Shown: piece by piece, positions 26,401-38,615 of the stretch
How the letters are laid out: each line of letters opens with the position of its first letter
How positions within the stretch are numbered: position 1 is the first letter of the stretch
Assembly: GCA_964016885.1 (NCBI GenBank)
Contig: OZ024740.1
Coordinates: 216,194,001-216,258,000 of the forward strand
Direction of reading: 5' to 3'
DNA length: 64,000 bases
DNA from: Eledone cirrhosa
Lineage: Eukaryota
Translations under genes and position numbers: made by a program
Notes under the pieces: model-generated
Seen by the model: the letters and a program-made list of their open reading frames with translations, nothing else
Told to the model about the DNA's origin: nothing
Databases searched by the model: none

Positions 26401-26851
26401 ACTATGACCACCTCTACTGTAATGTTGGTCACTATAACCACCTTTACTGTAACGTTGGTCACTATGACCACCTCTACTGTAGTGTTGGTCACTATGACCA
26501 CCTCTACTGTAATGTTGGTCACTATGACCACCTCTACTGTAATTTTGGTCACTATGACCACCTCTACTATACTGTTGGTCACTATGACCACCTCTACTAT
26601 ACTGTTGGTCACTATGACCACCTATACTGTATTGTTGGTCACTATGACCACTACTGTACTGTTGGTTACTATGACCACTTCTACTGTACCGCTGGTCACT
26701 ATGACCACCTCTACTGTAATGTTGGTCACTATGACCATCTCTCTACTACAGTGGTCACTATGACCACCTTTACTGTACTGTTTGTCACTATGACTACCTC
26801 TACTGTAATGTTGGTCACTATGACCATCTCTACTGTAATGTTGGTCACTAT
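17462..26851. repeat. 30-bp minisatellite array (ACTGTACTGTTGGTCACTATGACCACCTCT), ~310 units, with higher-order blocks
   Basis: Direct reading; most units contain the palindrome TGGTCA-CTA-TGACCA; occasional 31-32-bp variants. Confidence 0.97.
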
Positions 26852-26989
26852 TTCCGTGTTACAATATAACAAATCTTACTTTATGGTACTGAAATACAAG
26901 TTAAAATACAGCCAACCCTACCTAATGGTACCGAAATTTGTATACTTACTATCAAACAACAAAACTACTTTGATGGAGCATAAAAATCC

Positions 26990-27235
26990 TTGCTTCATTG
27001 GGCTCAAAACATAAGCATGAGGTAACATAAGACTAAGAGAAATATATGATGGTCTCCCTTGAATTTCTGGTATTGTAACGGAAGAGGTGGGTGAAATTAG
27101 TAGGCCATTGTCATCATGATTCAGTTGGATCAGTTGGTGATGGTTGCTTCTGACAGGATCTGCTAGAAGGAGTGTTTGAGGACATTGCTTACACGACCCT
27201 CTCAGGAATAAGTGGGCGAAGAAGAAGAATGTATT
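26990..27235 (+). mobile_element. Degenerate RTEX-like LINE RT C-terminal fragment
   Basis: Broken translation IYDGLP.IS..KRWVKLVGHC..ASD resembles the LYG.LP..RRLRLAGHC motif. Confidence 0.45.
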
Positions 27236-27720
27236 CACTACTTGCAGAGGCTCTTACATTGGCAGTGCTTTAGTTTTACAGAGACAGTACCACTATTTAA
27301 ATAGGCGTTACATAGATATCTTCTCTAGCTTTACCGGGAGAAGGTATTCACCATAACTTTGTTTACTACAATTACTTCCATGACTACGAGAACAAAAAGT
27401 AGCATTTGGCAATTTGATACAAAGAAATTACATAATGAAGTTTTTTGACATAATGTTTTTTGTGTGTTTATTTGTTGTTATAAAAGTTTGAGTATAACAA
27501 GGTTAGCCAGCTGGAGGAACAATGAATATTCAATGCCAATGGCCCAAAAGAACATTGAGTAACTAAAGGGTATATGTGTCTGTATTCATTGTATGTAGCA
27601 GCATATGGTGGTGCATTCAAGGGAAACCATGTGTAAATTGTACATATCTATTTGTATATGAATATACAACCCAAACCAGTATGGAAATGTTGACATAAAT
27701 TAATGATAATGATGATGACA

Positions 27721-27908
27721 ATAATTGTTTCTACTGTTGGCACAAGGCCAGCAAATACCCAGTGCATTGCTGGTACTTAATTTTATTGACCCCGTAAGGA
27801 TGTAAGGCAAAGTTAACCTCGCGGAATTTGAATTCAGAATGGCAAGGGCCGTAACTCCATGCATCAAAGCATGGCGTCCGACCCTCTACCAATACTGCCA
27901 ATCTACCG
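27721..27908 (-). mobile_element. tRNA-derived SINE, full length
   Basis: Reverse complement of 54300-54493. Confidence 0.85.
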
Positions 27909-28049
27909 GCTTGATGATGACAATAATGATGATAAATATATGTATAACAAGTGTATGTGTACCCAGTAAAGTGTTGGATTAACTGCTTCGTGGTAGTTAG
28001 TTACGTCCCTTTAATTTTATCTCTCATCTTTCTGGGAAACAACAAACTA

Positions 28050-28242
28050 CTGTATATACTCAAATATAAGCCAACACCCACCCATTTTATGTCTGAGAAA
28101 TAGGCAAAAATCCAAACCCCATTTATAAGCCAAGGCAGCTAATCAACACATTGTTTAGATGGTGTATATAAACTGACCCTCTCCCATTTTACCATCAATT
28201 TTTTGGTTACATATTCCTCGGCTTATATTTGACTATATATGG
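28050..28242. mobile_element. pogo/Tigger-like MITE, family A
   Basis: TA-CTGTATATACTCAAATATAAGCC ... GGCTTATATTTGACTATATATGG-TA. Confidence 0.85.
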
Positions 28243-28381
28243 TAAGTACTGGCCGTGAGCTGGGCCTTGTACCCTCATCTAAATTTGTGACCTTGTGCCT
28301 ATGTTAATAAATAATCATTAAACATACTAAATTATAATGTTCAGCATACTGACAGATTATATATAATTGTTATTACGTTAT

Positions 28382-28725
28382 GAAGGTGCATGGTTTAGTG
28401 GCTAGAGCATTGGGTTTGCTTTTGAGAGGTTGTGAGTTCAATTCTCAGACTAGGTGATGCATTGTGTCCTTGAGTAAGACACTTTATTTCATGTTGTTTC
28501 AGTTTACTCAGCTATAGAAATGAGTTGCAATGTCACTGGTGCCGAGCTGTATCAGCCATTGCCTTTCCCTTGGACAACATTAATGACATGGAGAGGGAGA
28601 TTGGTATGCAAGGGCAACTGCTGGTCTTCCACAAAACAAATCTTTCCCAGGCTTGAGCCTCAGAGGGAAACTTTCTAGATGTGAAACCACGGTAATTAAT
28701 GACCGATGGGGGCCTCTAATAATAA
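28382..28725 (+). mobile_element. CORE-type tRNA-derived SINE
   Basis: A-box TGGTTTAGTGG, B-box GAGTTCAATTC, CORE-like GTGTCCTTGAGTAAGACACTTTA; related copies at ~55590-55810 (-), ~61435-61685 (-) and 63918-64000 (+). Confidence 0.8.
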
Positions 28726-29223
28726 TATTATGTATGTAATTGTGTATTAGTTTGTAAGCATGTATCTATATGACTTTGGAATATATTTCAGCAAATTCAG
28801 AATCCATGACAATTTTATTTCAGAAAGATTGAAACAGAGAATCAAGTGAGAGAACAAAGAGGTAGAAACTTAATGTTTAATGAATTTAATGTGTAACACT
28901 CAACAATCTGAGCTAATGTTAACAACCTTGTATTGACAGGCTTTGGTAGTTCAACAGATAACGATCGATAATTAAGTACCAGGCTGAACCCCACCAAACC
29001 TAAGTACTGGGGTTGATATGATTAACTAAATACCATCAAGGTGGAAACCTAGCATGGTTGCAGTCTAATGACTGAAACCAGTATAAGAAAATTAAAAAAA
29101 GAAGGATTTAAAAAGAGTATATACAACATACTGCCATGCTGCTAAAGAAAGACACTGCCTATATATATATTTAACAGTTTTTTTAAATGATCGAAGATTT
29201 GGAGGGGTTTAATAATAAAACTA

Positions 29224-29348
29224 CTGTATATACTCGAATATAAGACAAGAAATATGTGCCCCCTCAAACAACATTGATGGTAAAATGGAGTGGGGGGGGG
29301 GGGCTTATATACTCTATCTAAACAATGTGCCATATTTGACTATATACA
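29224..29348. mobile_element. pogo/Tigger-like MITE, family A, reverse orientation and internally deleted
   Basis: CTGTATATACTCGAATATAAG left end; internal sequence is the reverse complement of 28050-28242. Confidence 0.65.
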
Positions 29349-29563
29349 TTAACTTTCTCATTAAACTGGAGTTTAGAACATAACAAAGGTTCTTACATAG
29401 AATTATGATAGAAGGTTTTTAGATAAATATGAACACTTTGAAAACAATAGCTTTGTATCATAGAAGCTGGGGTGGTTCTAGGTGGATTGGTATCAAAAGA
29501 ATTAAACAAAGGATAAAAACTATAAAGAACATTCCAATTTTTTATTTAAAAAAAAAATGCAAA

Positions 29564-29910
29564 CAAGGTGGAACCTCAGTTCACAAACTTAATTCATTCC
29601 TGAAATCTGTTCGTCACCCGAAATGTTTGTAAACCAAAACTATTTTTCCTCATACGAAATGTTGAGAGAAAAATACAGTGAGAGAGAGAGATTGTATGTG
29701 AAAGACAGATAGATATCCTCATAGTAACTAACTACACATCAAGTGACACTTTCCTGCTGCTACTCCAAGTTTGTTGCCAACCATTGTTGCCAGCTTGCGT
29801 GTTCATTACTCAAGACACCATTTGTGAACCGAGATGTTTTATGTTCTGAAAAATTGTTCGTGAACCAGTTTGTTTGTGATGTGAGGCGTTTATAAACTGA
29901 GGTTCCACTG
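29564..29910. mobile_element. Tigger-like MITE
   Basis: GTGGAACCTCAGTTCACAAAC ... GTTTATAAACTGAGGTTCCACTG-TA. Confidence 0.75.
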
Positions 29911-30137
29911 TATTAAATTTTGCTAAATTGTAAATCATTTAGCATTGAAAGAAGGAAACTGGGTGTATAAATAACTGGCAAAGAGTTGGAAGCTAAGATT
30001 TCATTAAAAAGGCATTCTGTTACAGTTTTATTTTTTAACACCCACACACTCTGAAAATTAATTGCTCAGAATACATTTAATTAATCAATTAATCAATTTT
30101 GATGTTGTTTACATGGGATTTCTTTCATATTATATTG

Positions 30138-30651
30138 CATGTAAGCAGTTATATAGAACACTGCATGTAAACAGTTATATAGAACATATGTAAACAGTTA
30201 AATAGAACACTGGTAAACAGTTATATAGAACACATGTAAATAGTTTTATAGAACACTACTAGTAAACAATTATATAGAACACTACATGTAAACAATTATA
30301 TAGAACACTACTAGTAAACAGTTATATAGAACACTACATGTAAACAGTTATATAGAACACTACATGTAAACAGTTATATAGAACATTGGTAAACAGTTTT
30401 ATAGAACACTACATGTAAACAGTTATATAGAACACTACTAGTAAACAGTTATATAGAAGACTACATGTAAACAGTTATATAAAACACTGCTAGTAAACAG
30501 TTATATAGAACACTACATGTAAACAGTTATATAGAACACTACATGTAAACAGCTATATAGAACACTACATGTAAACAGTTATATAGAACACTACTAGTAA
30601 ACAGTTATATAGAACACTACATGTAAACAGTTATATAGAACACTACTGGTA
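30138..30651. repeat. ~26-bp minisatellite (CATGTAAACAGTTATATAGAACACTA), ~20 units
   Basis: Direct reading. Confidence 0.92.
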
Positions 30652-30831
30652 AGTAATTCAACTGTTTCATATTATTACATGTATATAGCTATGTGGGACA
30701 CTAGTAGTACTATATGTGTGTGTGTATATATATATTTATATATATATGTATACATATATATACATACATATATATATATATAAATGTGTGTGTGTCTATG
30801 TATATATATATATATATGTATATATATACTA

Positions 30832-31484
30832 ATCTAATCATCCTAAATTGATATTGAAATCTATAGTAAATAATGTATCAAACTGTATCTCTAAACTGTC
30901 CTCTAATCAAAATATTTTAAACCAGAGCACTCAATATTACAATGAAGCACCAATTAAATCAGGATATAATGCTAGAATAGTGTATAGAGAAAACCCTTTC
31001 AATATCATCTCACATAATGTGACCTATACAAGGACCTAATTTGAATATTAATAATAACATAAACCCAACAATCCTTCACTACTTGATAAAAATAAGTAAT
31101 TAATAAATGTAATGATAAACACACCCCCAGTGAATATGAAAGTAATAGAACACACAGAAATGACTGCAAATACAATAATTAATTAAAGCTGTGAAACAAA
31201 TAAATACAATATAGAAGTAAACAACCATAATAAACAACAGTAATAAACTAGATAACACACATCAAAAATAGACCAAACTACGACTGTAAAAATAAGGTGT
31301 CTATTAACAATAAAAAACCTAGGAGTAAGATTTTTAAAGATAACCCACTGGATCTAAAATAGATTATATACCACCAAGGATTTGTAAATCAAATCACAGG
31401 AAACCACTATTTGGTTCAACCCACCATTTAGTAAAAACACAGCTTCTAATATACCGGAACTATTTTTTAATATCGTAGAGAGAT
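30832..31484 (+). pseudogene. Penelope-like element (PLE) RT thumb/linker fragment
   Basis: SNHPKLILKSIVNNVSNCISKLSSNQNI..YNEA..KSGY and TIWFNPPFSKNTASNI match PLE motifs SNHPP..LSS..SGY and IIWFNPPYS; starts directly after a (TA)-rich tract. Confidence 0.8.
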
Positions 31485-31779
31485 GACAGACAAAACATTA
31501 TAGCAATTAAGCTACAATAAGTACACATGGAATTTTATGTGTCAACAGGTAAAAAGAGCGGTGCTTCTTATAGCACAAGAGTCTCATGAACAAAACAAAG
31601 GAAAAAAAAAAGAAAAAAAAAGAAAGGAAGAAAAAAGCAGGGAGAAAGTAAGATATAGTGTTAAAAAATGTAATCCATTGAAATAAATGGGGGGGGGGGG
31701 GGGGAGAAATAACACGTTCATTACATTAGTATTGATAAACTTAAGAAAATTAACAAATACACATCTACGCACACTAACA

Positions 31780-31817
<38 letters not shown>

Positions 31818-32027
31818 CAGCGAGACCGTATTTCGGCGGCGGCCAAAATAAAATGAAACAAAATTTTCGAGATATGCTGTCAAGCGCTCAATGGACTAGG
31901 AAGAAGCCAGAGCAATTAACATACGTTATAAGGTCCAGACACATAAAAATGGCTGTGAATTGACAAGCCAGGCAGACGAAAAAAATGAGCAAGCTAAACA
32001 GGTTAACAATATATATATATATATATT

Positions 32028-32402
32028 CTATTCTAGGGCGGGTAAAATTCCCGAGATCCATGGACGAGTTCTCTTCAGTGGTCTCTGTCCCTCATTATCG
32101 CTGCCATGTCCTGCGTCTCCAACAGACCAGTGTCTGTCCTTAGGGCATCAACATACGTTAACCTTGATCTTCCTCTTCCAGTGTGTCCATATAAAACAAA
32201 ATATCTGGTAGAGAATGTTGAGAAGCCAGAGGGGATCACTAATGTAGGCAGGAAGCCGCTAGAATTGGTTGAGAACTTCCTGTATTTGGGAGCAAAGATT
32301 GGGAATACGGAAGATGATGTGGTTGAGAGGAAGAACAAAGCCTGGGTGGCGTGCCACAGCTTGAGATCAGTGTGGAAGTCGGACCTTCGTAAAGACCTGA
32401 AA
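32028..32402. mobile_element. RTEX-like LINE fragment with inverted 5' part, inside (TA)n
   Basis: Minus 32028-32190 encodes GRGRSRLTYVDALRTDTGL..MRDR (3' end); plus 32191-32402 encodes KTKYL..LELVENFLYLG..RKNKAW..VWKS (upstream part). Confidence 0.8.
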
Positions 32403-32848
32403 ATATATATATATATATAGCTGTGTGTGTGCGTAGATGTAGATGTGTGTGTCCCCACAGACATAGACAAACACGCATATGTACGTACAAACTCACACAA
32501 CACATATTTACTGACATCAAAGTCATTAGAGCATCAGATTAAATGCCAAAGTTCCAGTTGTCTGCACTGTGAGTTCAATTCCTACCAAGGTCAAGAAATA
32601 AACCACCAATCCATGTGCAGTGGACTGGAGGAATTTTCTTTTATACACACATACATTTATATGTACATACATATCTACCTCATTGTTGTTTAAATTTTAT
32701 GTTAGAAACTGATTCTCTCTCTATTGGTAAAAAAAAAAAAATGATTAAATTATGAGACCATAAGAACATACAAGGTTTGTGTTATAATTTATATATATAT
32801 ATATATCATAAAAATATATATATATACACACACATATATTTACAGACT

Positions 32849-32900
<52 letters not shown>

Positions 32901-32937
32901 GGTGTTATATAGGATTAATAAATTGAAATATAAAAAA

Positions 32938-33650
32938 GTGGAGGTAGTGATTGTGGTGTTAGTGGTAGGGTGGAGATAGTGATGGTGTTGGTGGTGGCAG
33001 TGGTGGAGATAGTGACGGTGGTGGTGGAGATAGTGATGGTGGTGGTGGCAGTGGTGGTGGTGGTGGAGATAGTGATGGTGGTGGCAGTGGTGGAGATAGT
33101 GATGGTGGTGGTGGTAGTGGTGGAGATAGTGATGGTGGTGGTGGTACAGGTGGAGGTAATGGGTGGTGGTGGTGGTAATGATTACAGCAGTGGTAGAAGT
33201 AGTTGCATGAGTAAGAGAAATATTTGAAACCCCAATGAAAGATTTCCAGTTGATAGCAAAGACATTCAATGAAGATTTTATTAATTTTTCAACAATACCA
33301 GTAGTTATGTCTTTAAAGAAAGACTATAATAGTGATGGGAGTGGTGATGGTAGTGCTGGCAGTGGTGGGGGTGATGGTCACACTAGAGGTGGTAGTGGTG
33401 GTGGTGGTGGCAGTGATGGCTGTAACGGATGGTTATGGCAGTAGTGAAGATAATGATGATGATGGCCATGTTGGTAGTGATGGTGGTGGTAGTAGCGGCA
33501 ATATTGTTGGTGTTGGTGTTTGTAACAATGGTGGTGTTGGTAGCAATGGTAGTGTTGGTGTTGGTAGCAGTGTTGGTGTTGATGTTGGTAGCAATGGTAG
33601 TGTTGGTGTTGGTAGCAATGTTGATGTTGGTAACAATGGTGGTGTTGGTG
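32938..33650. repeat. (GTG/GGT/GTT)n low-complexity tracts
   Basis: Degenerate trinucleotide repeats; ORFs are poly-V/G/H/T. Confidence 0.85.
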
Positions 33651-34440
33651 ATTTCATTATACAGCAATAAGACAGGAGAAATACAAGTGTTTCCTATGTA
33701 TAAAAAGTGTAATTTCAGATGTTTGTCTGTCTCAAATGTAGACAAGAAGACACACAACTCTTGTGTTCTTCTTGTTTCTGCCAACCAGCACTGTGATTTG
33801 GTTTCTATGGCAATATTTCATATTGATATCATGTGTTGGGGAGTAAAAATCACTCATTGTAGTTTTGAAATGCCAGCTTTTGAAGATGGTTAAAAAAAAA
33901 ACAACAACAAAAATAACAATAATAACAATAACAAAAAAGAAGAAAAATATAGAAGAGAAACTGCAGGAAGAGAGATGGAATGAAAAATGACTGTGGTGCT
34001 GCTGTAATATCACTGCCAATGTATCGTTTAGAAACTGACCAAAGAATTAAAGAACATTTGTCTTTTTATTTAAAACAACAAAATAACTAAATAAATTTCA
34101 ACTAAATAGAAATCAAAATATCAATATTCTTTTGTTTAACTCAATAGCCATTTTATTTTTAAAGTATTCCATGAAAAAGTTGAAGTTGTATCTTTTTTTT
34201 TTTTGGTGGGGGAGAGTGGTTTATTGTTTGTACCTATAACCTCCCACTTTGAAGAGGTGAGCAGAGGCTGATGTTAACTCTTTCAGTGCCAAATTTGATG
34301 GAAATACTTGTAACAAACGGAACAATAATTCATTTAACTACAAATCTGCTGGATGATGATGATGATGATGATGATAATCATTCGTTTAACGTCCATTTTC
34401 CATGCTAGCATGGGTTAGATGGGTTGTAATTATAATAATG

Positions 34441-35241
34441 ACAATAATAATAATAATTGTTTCTACTTTTGGCACAAGGCCAGCAATTACCCAGTGTATT
34501 ACTGGTACTTTATTTTATCAACTCCCGTAAGGATGAAAGGCAAAGTTAACCTCGGCAGAATAACAATAATAATAATAATTGTTTCTACTTTTGGCACAAG
34601 GCCAGCAATTATCCCAGTGTATTACTGGTACTTTATTTTATCGACCCTGTAAGGATGAAAGGCAAAGTTAACCTCGGCAGAATAACAATAATAATAATAA
34701 TTGTTTCTACTTTTGGCACAAGGCCAGCAATTATCCCAGTGTATTACTGGTACTTTATTTTATCGACCCTGTAAGGATGAAAGGCAAAGTTAACCTCGGC
34801 AGAATAACAATAATAATAATAATTGTTTCTACTTTTGGCACAAGGCCAGCAATTATCCCAGTGTATTACTGGTACTTTATTTTATCGACCCTGTAAGGAT
34901 GAAAGGCAAAGTTAACCTCGGCAGAATAACAATAATAATAATAATTGTTTCTACTTTTGGCACAAGGCCAGCAATTATCCCAGTGTATTACTGGTACTTT
35001 ATTTTATCGACCCTGTAAGGATGAAAGGCAAAGTTAACCTCGGCAGAATAACGATAATAATAATAATTGTTTCTACTTTTGGCACAAGGCCAGCAATTAT
35101 CCCAGTGTATTACTGGTACTTTATTTTATCGACCCTGTAAAAGGCAAAGTTAACCTCGGCGGGATTTGAACTCAGACCGTAATGGGCTGTAACCCTATGC
35201 TGCAAAGCATTCCGTCCGACCCTCTACCGATACTGCCAATC
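34441..35241 (-). repeat. 122-bp tandem array (6 units) of a SINE 3' half, ending in the SINE head
   Basis: Units start at ~34561, 34683, 34805, 34927 and 35049 plus the first at ~34441; the last continues into GGGATTTGAACTCAGA..GATACTGCCAATC. Confidence 0.92.
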
Positions 35242-35808
35242 CTTTAATTTAGATATAAAGCGAATAATTGGTTCAGAGTGGGGGGTAGGTAGCAAAGTTG
35301 ATTTAATCACTCCCAATACTTAAATGGTATTTTATTACATAGATTCTGGATGGATGGTGAATGTGTGTGTGTGTGTATGTGTGTCAGTCATTGTATGCAG
35401 CCATTTAAAAAAGAAAAGCAAGCACTGATGTTTGTTTTCATCCCTCATAAACCACGGATAAGTGGTTTAATGAATGTCAGCAATACTTGAACCATACTTG
35501 AAAAAAATAATGATAATAAAGTAAGGTTTGGTGTTATGAAGAGCATCTGGACACACAAAAAATACTGACTCAACAAATGTTATCCAGCCCATGCGAGCAT
35601 AGAAAATTGGATGTTATGATGATGATGATAATGATGATGATGATGATGAGGGATTGGAGGAGGGGGACATGTAATTATGCTTTGCTGTCTGTGTAAAACT
35701 GCACCGCCAATACAGAGGTCCTTAAAGAGTTAAACACGTCATCACAGAAGAACACTGTGCATATCAGAAGATCAATATCATTTATTGAACAAAGACCAAA
35801 GACACAAC

Positions 35809-35911
<103 letters not shown>

Positions 35912-36260
35912 TACACTGTCTGTATGTACGTAGTTATAAATAAAATTTCATTTCACTAGACGTGGTGTATATCTTGTGTGTCGATTGTGAAGGTGAAAGA
36001 ATGAAATTCTATCTTTGTCTTTAGAGTAGTGCAGTAATTCATCAAACATGCAGAGTAGTGAAGTGGCAGAAACATTATGCATAAAATAAGCAGTGTAAAC
36101 AAGAGTGCAACAACAGTATCAGTTGTAGCTGCAACATCTGTGCACTTTATTTGATGAATACAGTCAAAACTTACACAAAGTCACCTCATATACACATACA
36201 CACACATATAAATATATATATACACACACAAACACACACATATATGTAAATATATATATG

Positions 36261-36303
<43 letters not shown>

Positions 36304-36732
36304 AGTCACCTCATATACACATGTATATATTTACACAAACACACATATGTATATACACACATATATATAGACACACAAAATCACCTCATACACACACACA
36401 TATCTATAAATACAGAAACACACCTATATACATACATAAACATACACACATTTAACCATTTACTTAACATCCAAACTGCTTAATATTCTGAGTCTTAAGT
36501 TATTACTTAGCTACAGATGGTGAGAAACAAAACTGGGTTTATTTGGTGATTTTAGTGGGGTTTATTTTTTTTAATATGGAAAAAATTAAACTTACCAATA
36601 TTAAAACACTTGAGGATTTATTTTCACATCGAGGGAGATGATGCTTTGATTCTAGTATACGTTTTTACTCTTGAACTGGTTTCAGTCATTTGACTGCAAC
36701 CAAACCATGATGTGGCATTACCTGGAGTCTTT

Positions 36733-37895
36733 TAAAATATGTCCCAGTAATATATACTGAGTGTTTTGTAAAATATGTCCTAGTAATATACTGAGGTGTT
36801 GTAAAATATGTCCTAGTAATATACTGAGGTGTTGTAAAATATGTCGTTGTAATATACTGAGGTGTTGTAAAATATGTCCCAGTAATATACTGATGTGTTG
36901 TAAAATATGTCGTTGTAATATACTGAGGTGTAGTAAAATATGTCCTAGTAATATACTGAGGTGTTGTAAAATATGTCCTAGTAATATATTGAGGTGTAGT
37001 AAAATATGTCCTAGTAGTATACTGAGGTGTTGTAAAATATGTCCTAGTAATATATTGAGGTGTTGTAAAATATGTCGTTGTAATATACTGAGGTGTTGTA
37101 AAATATGTCCTAGTAATATACTGAGGTGTTGTAAAATATGTCCTAGTAATATACTGAGGCGTTGTAAAATATGTCCTAGTAATATACTGAGGTGTTGTAA
37201 AATATGTCCTAGTAATATATTGAGGTGTTGTAAAATATGTCGTTGTAATATACTGAGGTGTTGTAAAATATGTCGTAATATACTGAGGTGTTGTAAAATA
37301 TGTCCTAGTAATATACTGAGGTGTTGTAAAATATGTCCTAGTAATATACTGAGGTGTTGTAAAATATGTCCTAGTAATAAACTGAGGTGTTGTAAAATAT
37401 GTCGTTGTAATATACTGAGGTGTTGTAAAATATGTCCTAGTAATATACTGAGGTGTTGTAAAATATGTCCTAGTAATATACTGAGGTGTTGTAAAATATG
37501 TCCTAGTAATATACTGAGGTGTTGTAAAATATGTCCTAGTAATATACTGAGGTGTTGTAAAATATGTCGTAATATACTGAGGTGTTGTAAAATATGTCCT
37601 AGTAATATACTGAGGTGTTGTAAAATATGTCCTAGTAGTATACTGAGGTGTTGTAAAATATGTCCTAGTAATATACTGAGGTGTTGTAAAATATGTCGTT
37701 GTAATATACTGAGGTGTTGTAAAATATGTCGTTGTAATATACTGAGGTGTTGTAAAATATGTCGTAATATACTGAGGTGTTGTAAAATATGTCCTAGTAA
37801 TATACTGAGGTGTTGTAAAATATGTCCTAGTAATATACTGAGGTGTTGTAAAATATGTCCTAGTAATATACTGAGGTGTTGTAAAATATGTCCTA
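36733..37895. repeat. 33-bp minisatellite (GTAAAATATGTCCTAGTAATATACTGAGGTGTT), ~35 units
   Basis: Direct reading; variants CCTA/CGTT and a few 30-bp units. Confidence 0.95.
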
Positions 37896-38255
37896 CTGAA
37901 ATAAAATAAATATGATACACTAAGGTTTTTAAAATAAGTTTCCCTTCTCAAACAGGCCACTGTCTTTTGTTCTTTTACCTGTTTCAGTTATTAAACTATG
38001 GCCATTCTGGGGCACTACCTAGAAAGAAGTTAGTCAATAATATCAACCACAGTACTTATTTGTTCAAGTCTGGTAGTTATTTTATTGATGACTATCTGTC
38101 AAACTACAAGCTTACAAAACATAGACATATGGTAAACAGAAACACCCACCCACACACACATATATATATAGAGAGAGAGAGATTCCTGAGTAGTGTCAGG
38201 GGTAACCACAGTTAGAAAAGGTACTCAATACAATGGTAGAATATAGGCATCTTTT

Positions 38256-38385
38256 TTATATAAAGAAATGACTTCTACAGGACTAGAACTATTTCAGTCA
38301 TATGAACTCACCAGGAATGTCCATTTCTGATGATTTCATACGAATGAAACAGTTCTAGTTTTGTGGAAGTCATTTCTATATATAA
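38256..38385. repeat. Foldback with ~63-bp arms containing a hammerhead-like core
   Basis: Arms pair across GGAATG-TC-CATTTC; right arm CTGATGA-TTTC-ATAC-GAAT-GAAAC, left arm (rc) CTGGTGA-GTTC-ATAT-GACT-GAAAT. Confidence 0.8.
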
Positions 38386-38615
38386 TAAGGACATATATAT
38401 ATATGTGTGTGTGATGGGCTTCTGCATAGTTTCAATCTGAAGTCACAGAAGGCACTTACTTAAAGAAAGAAAGGGAGAGAGGGAGGGACATACACTGAGG
38501 TTTAAATATTGTAAGGACTGATTTTACAATTGTATAGTCCATTCTTATGTACATCTAAAGCTTTTATATTGATTCTAAAACTGCCCTAAAATTGGACTTT
38601 TTTAAAGTGAATATA

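Noticed and set aside
17923-27014. Long MTTSTVLLVT-repeat ORFs as mucin-like genes
   Set aside because: A 30-bp unit without stops gives ORFs on both strands; frequent frameshifting units, no unique coding flanks and no synonymous bias
28824-28845. Possible 22-nt microexon (TTTCAG...GTGAG)
   Set aside because: Not frame-preserving; such signals are common by chance in AT-rich DNA
33802-33815. RFX X-box-like GTTTCTATGGCAAT
   Set aside because: Single imperfect match with no identifiable promoter or gene nearby
34441-35160. CRISPR-like array (also considered for the other arrays)
   Set aside because: No unique spacers, units are fully repeated, eukaryotic context, no cas genes
36686-37960. 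Cys-rich (ILRCCKICPSN) and other repeat ORFs
   Set aside because: Artefact of a 33-bp tandem unit open in three frames
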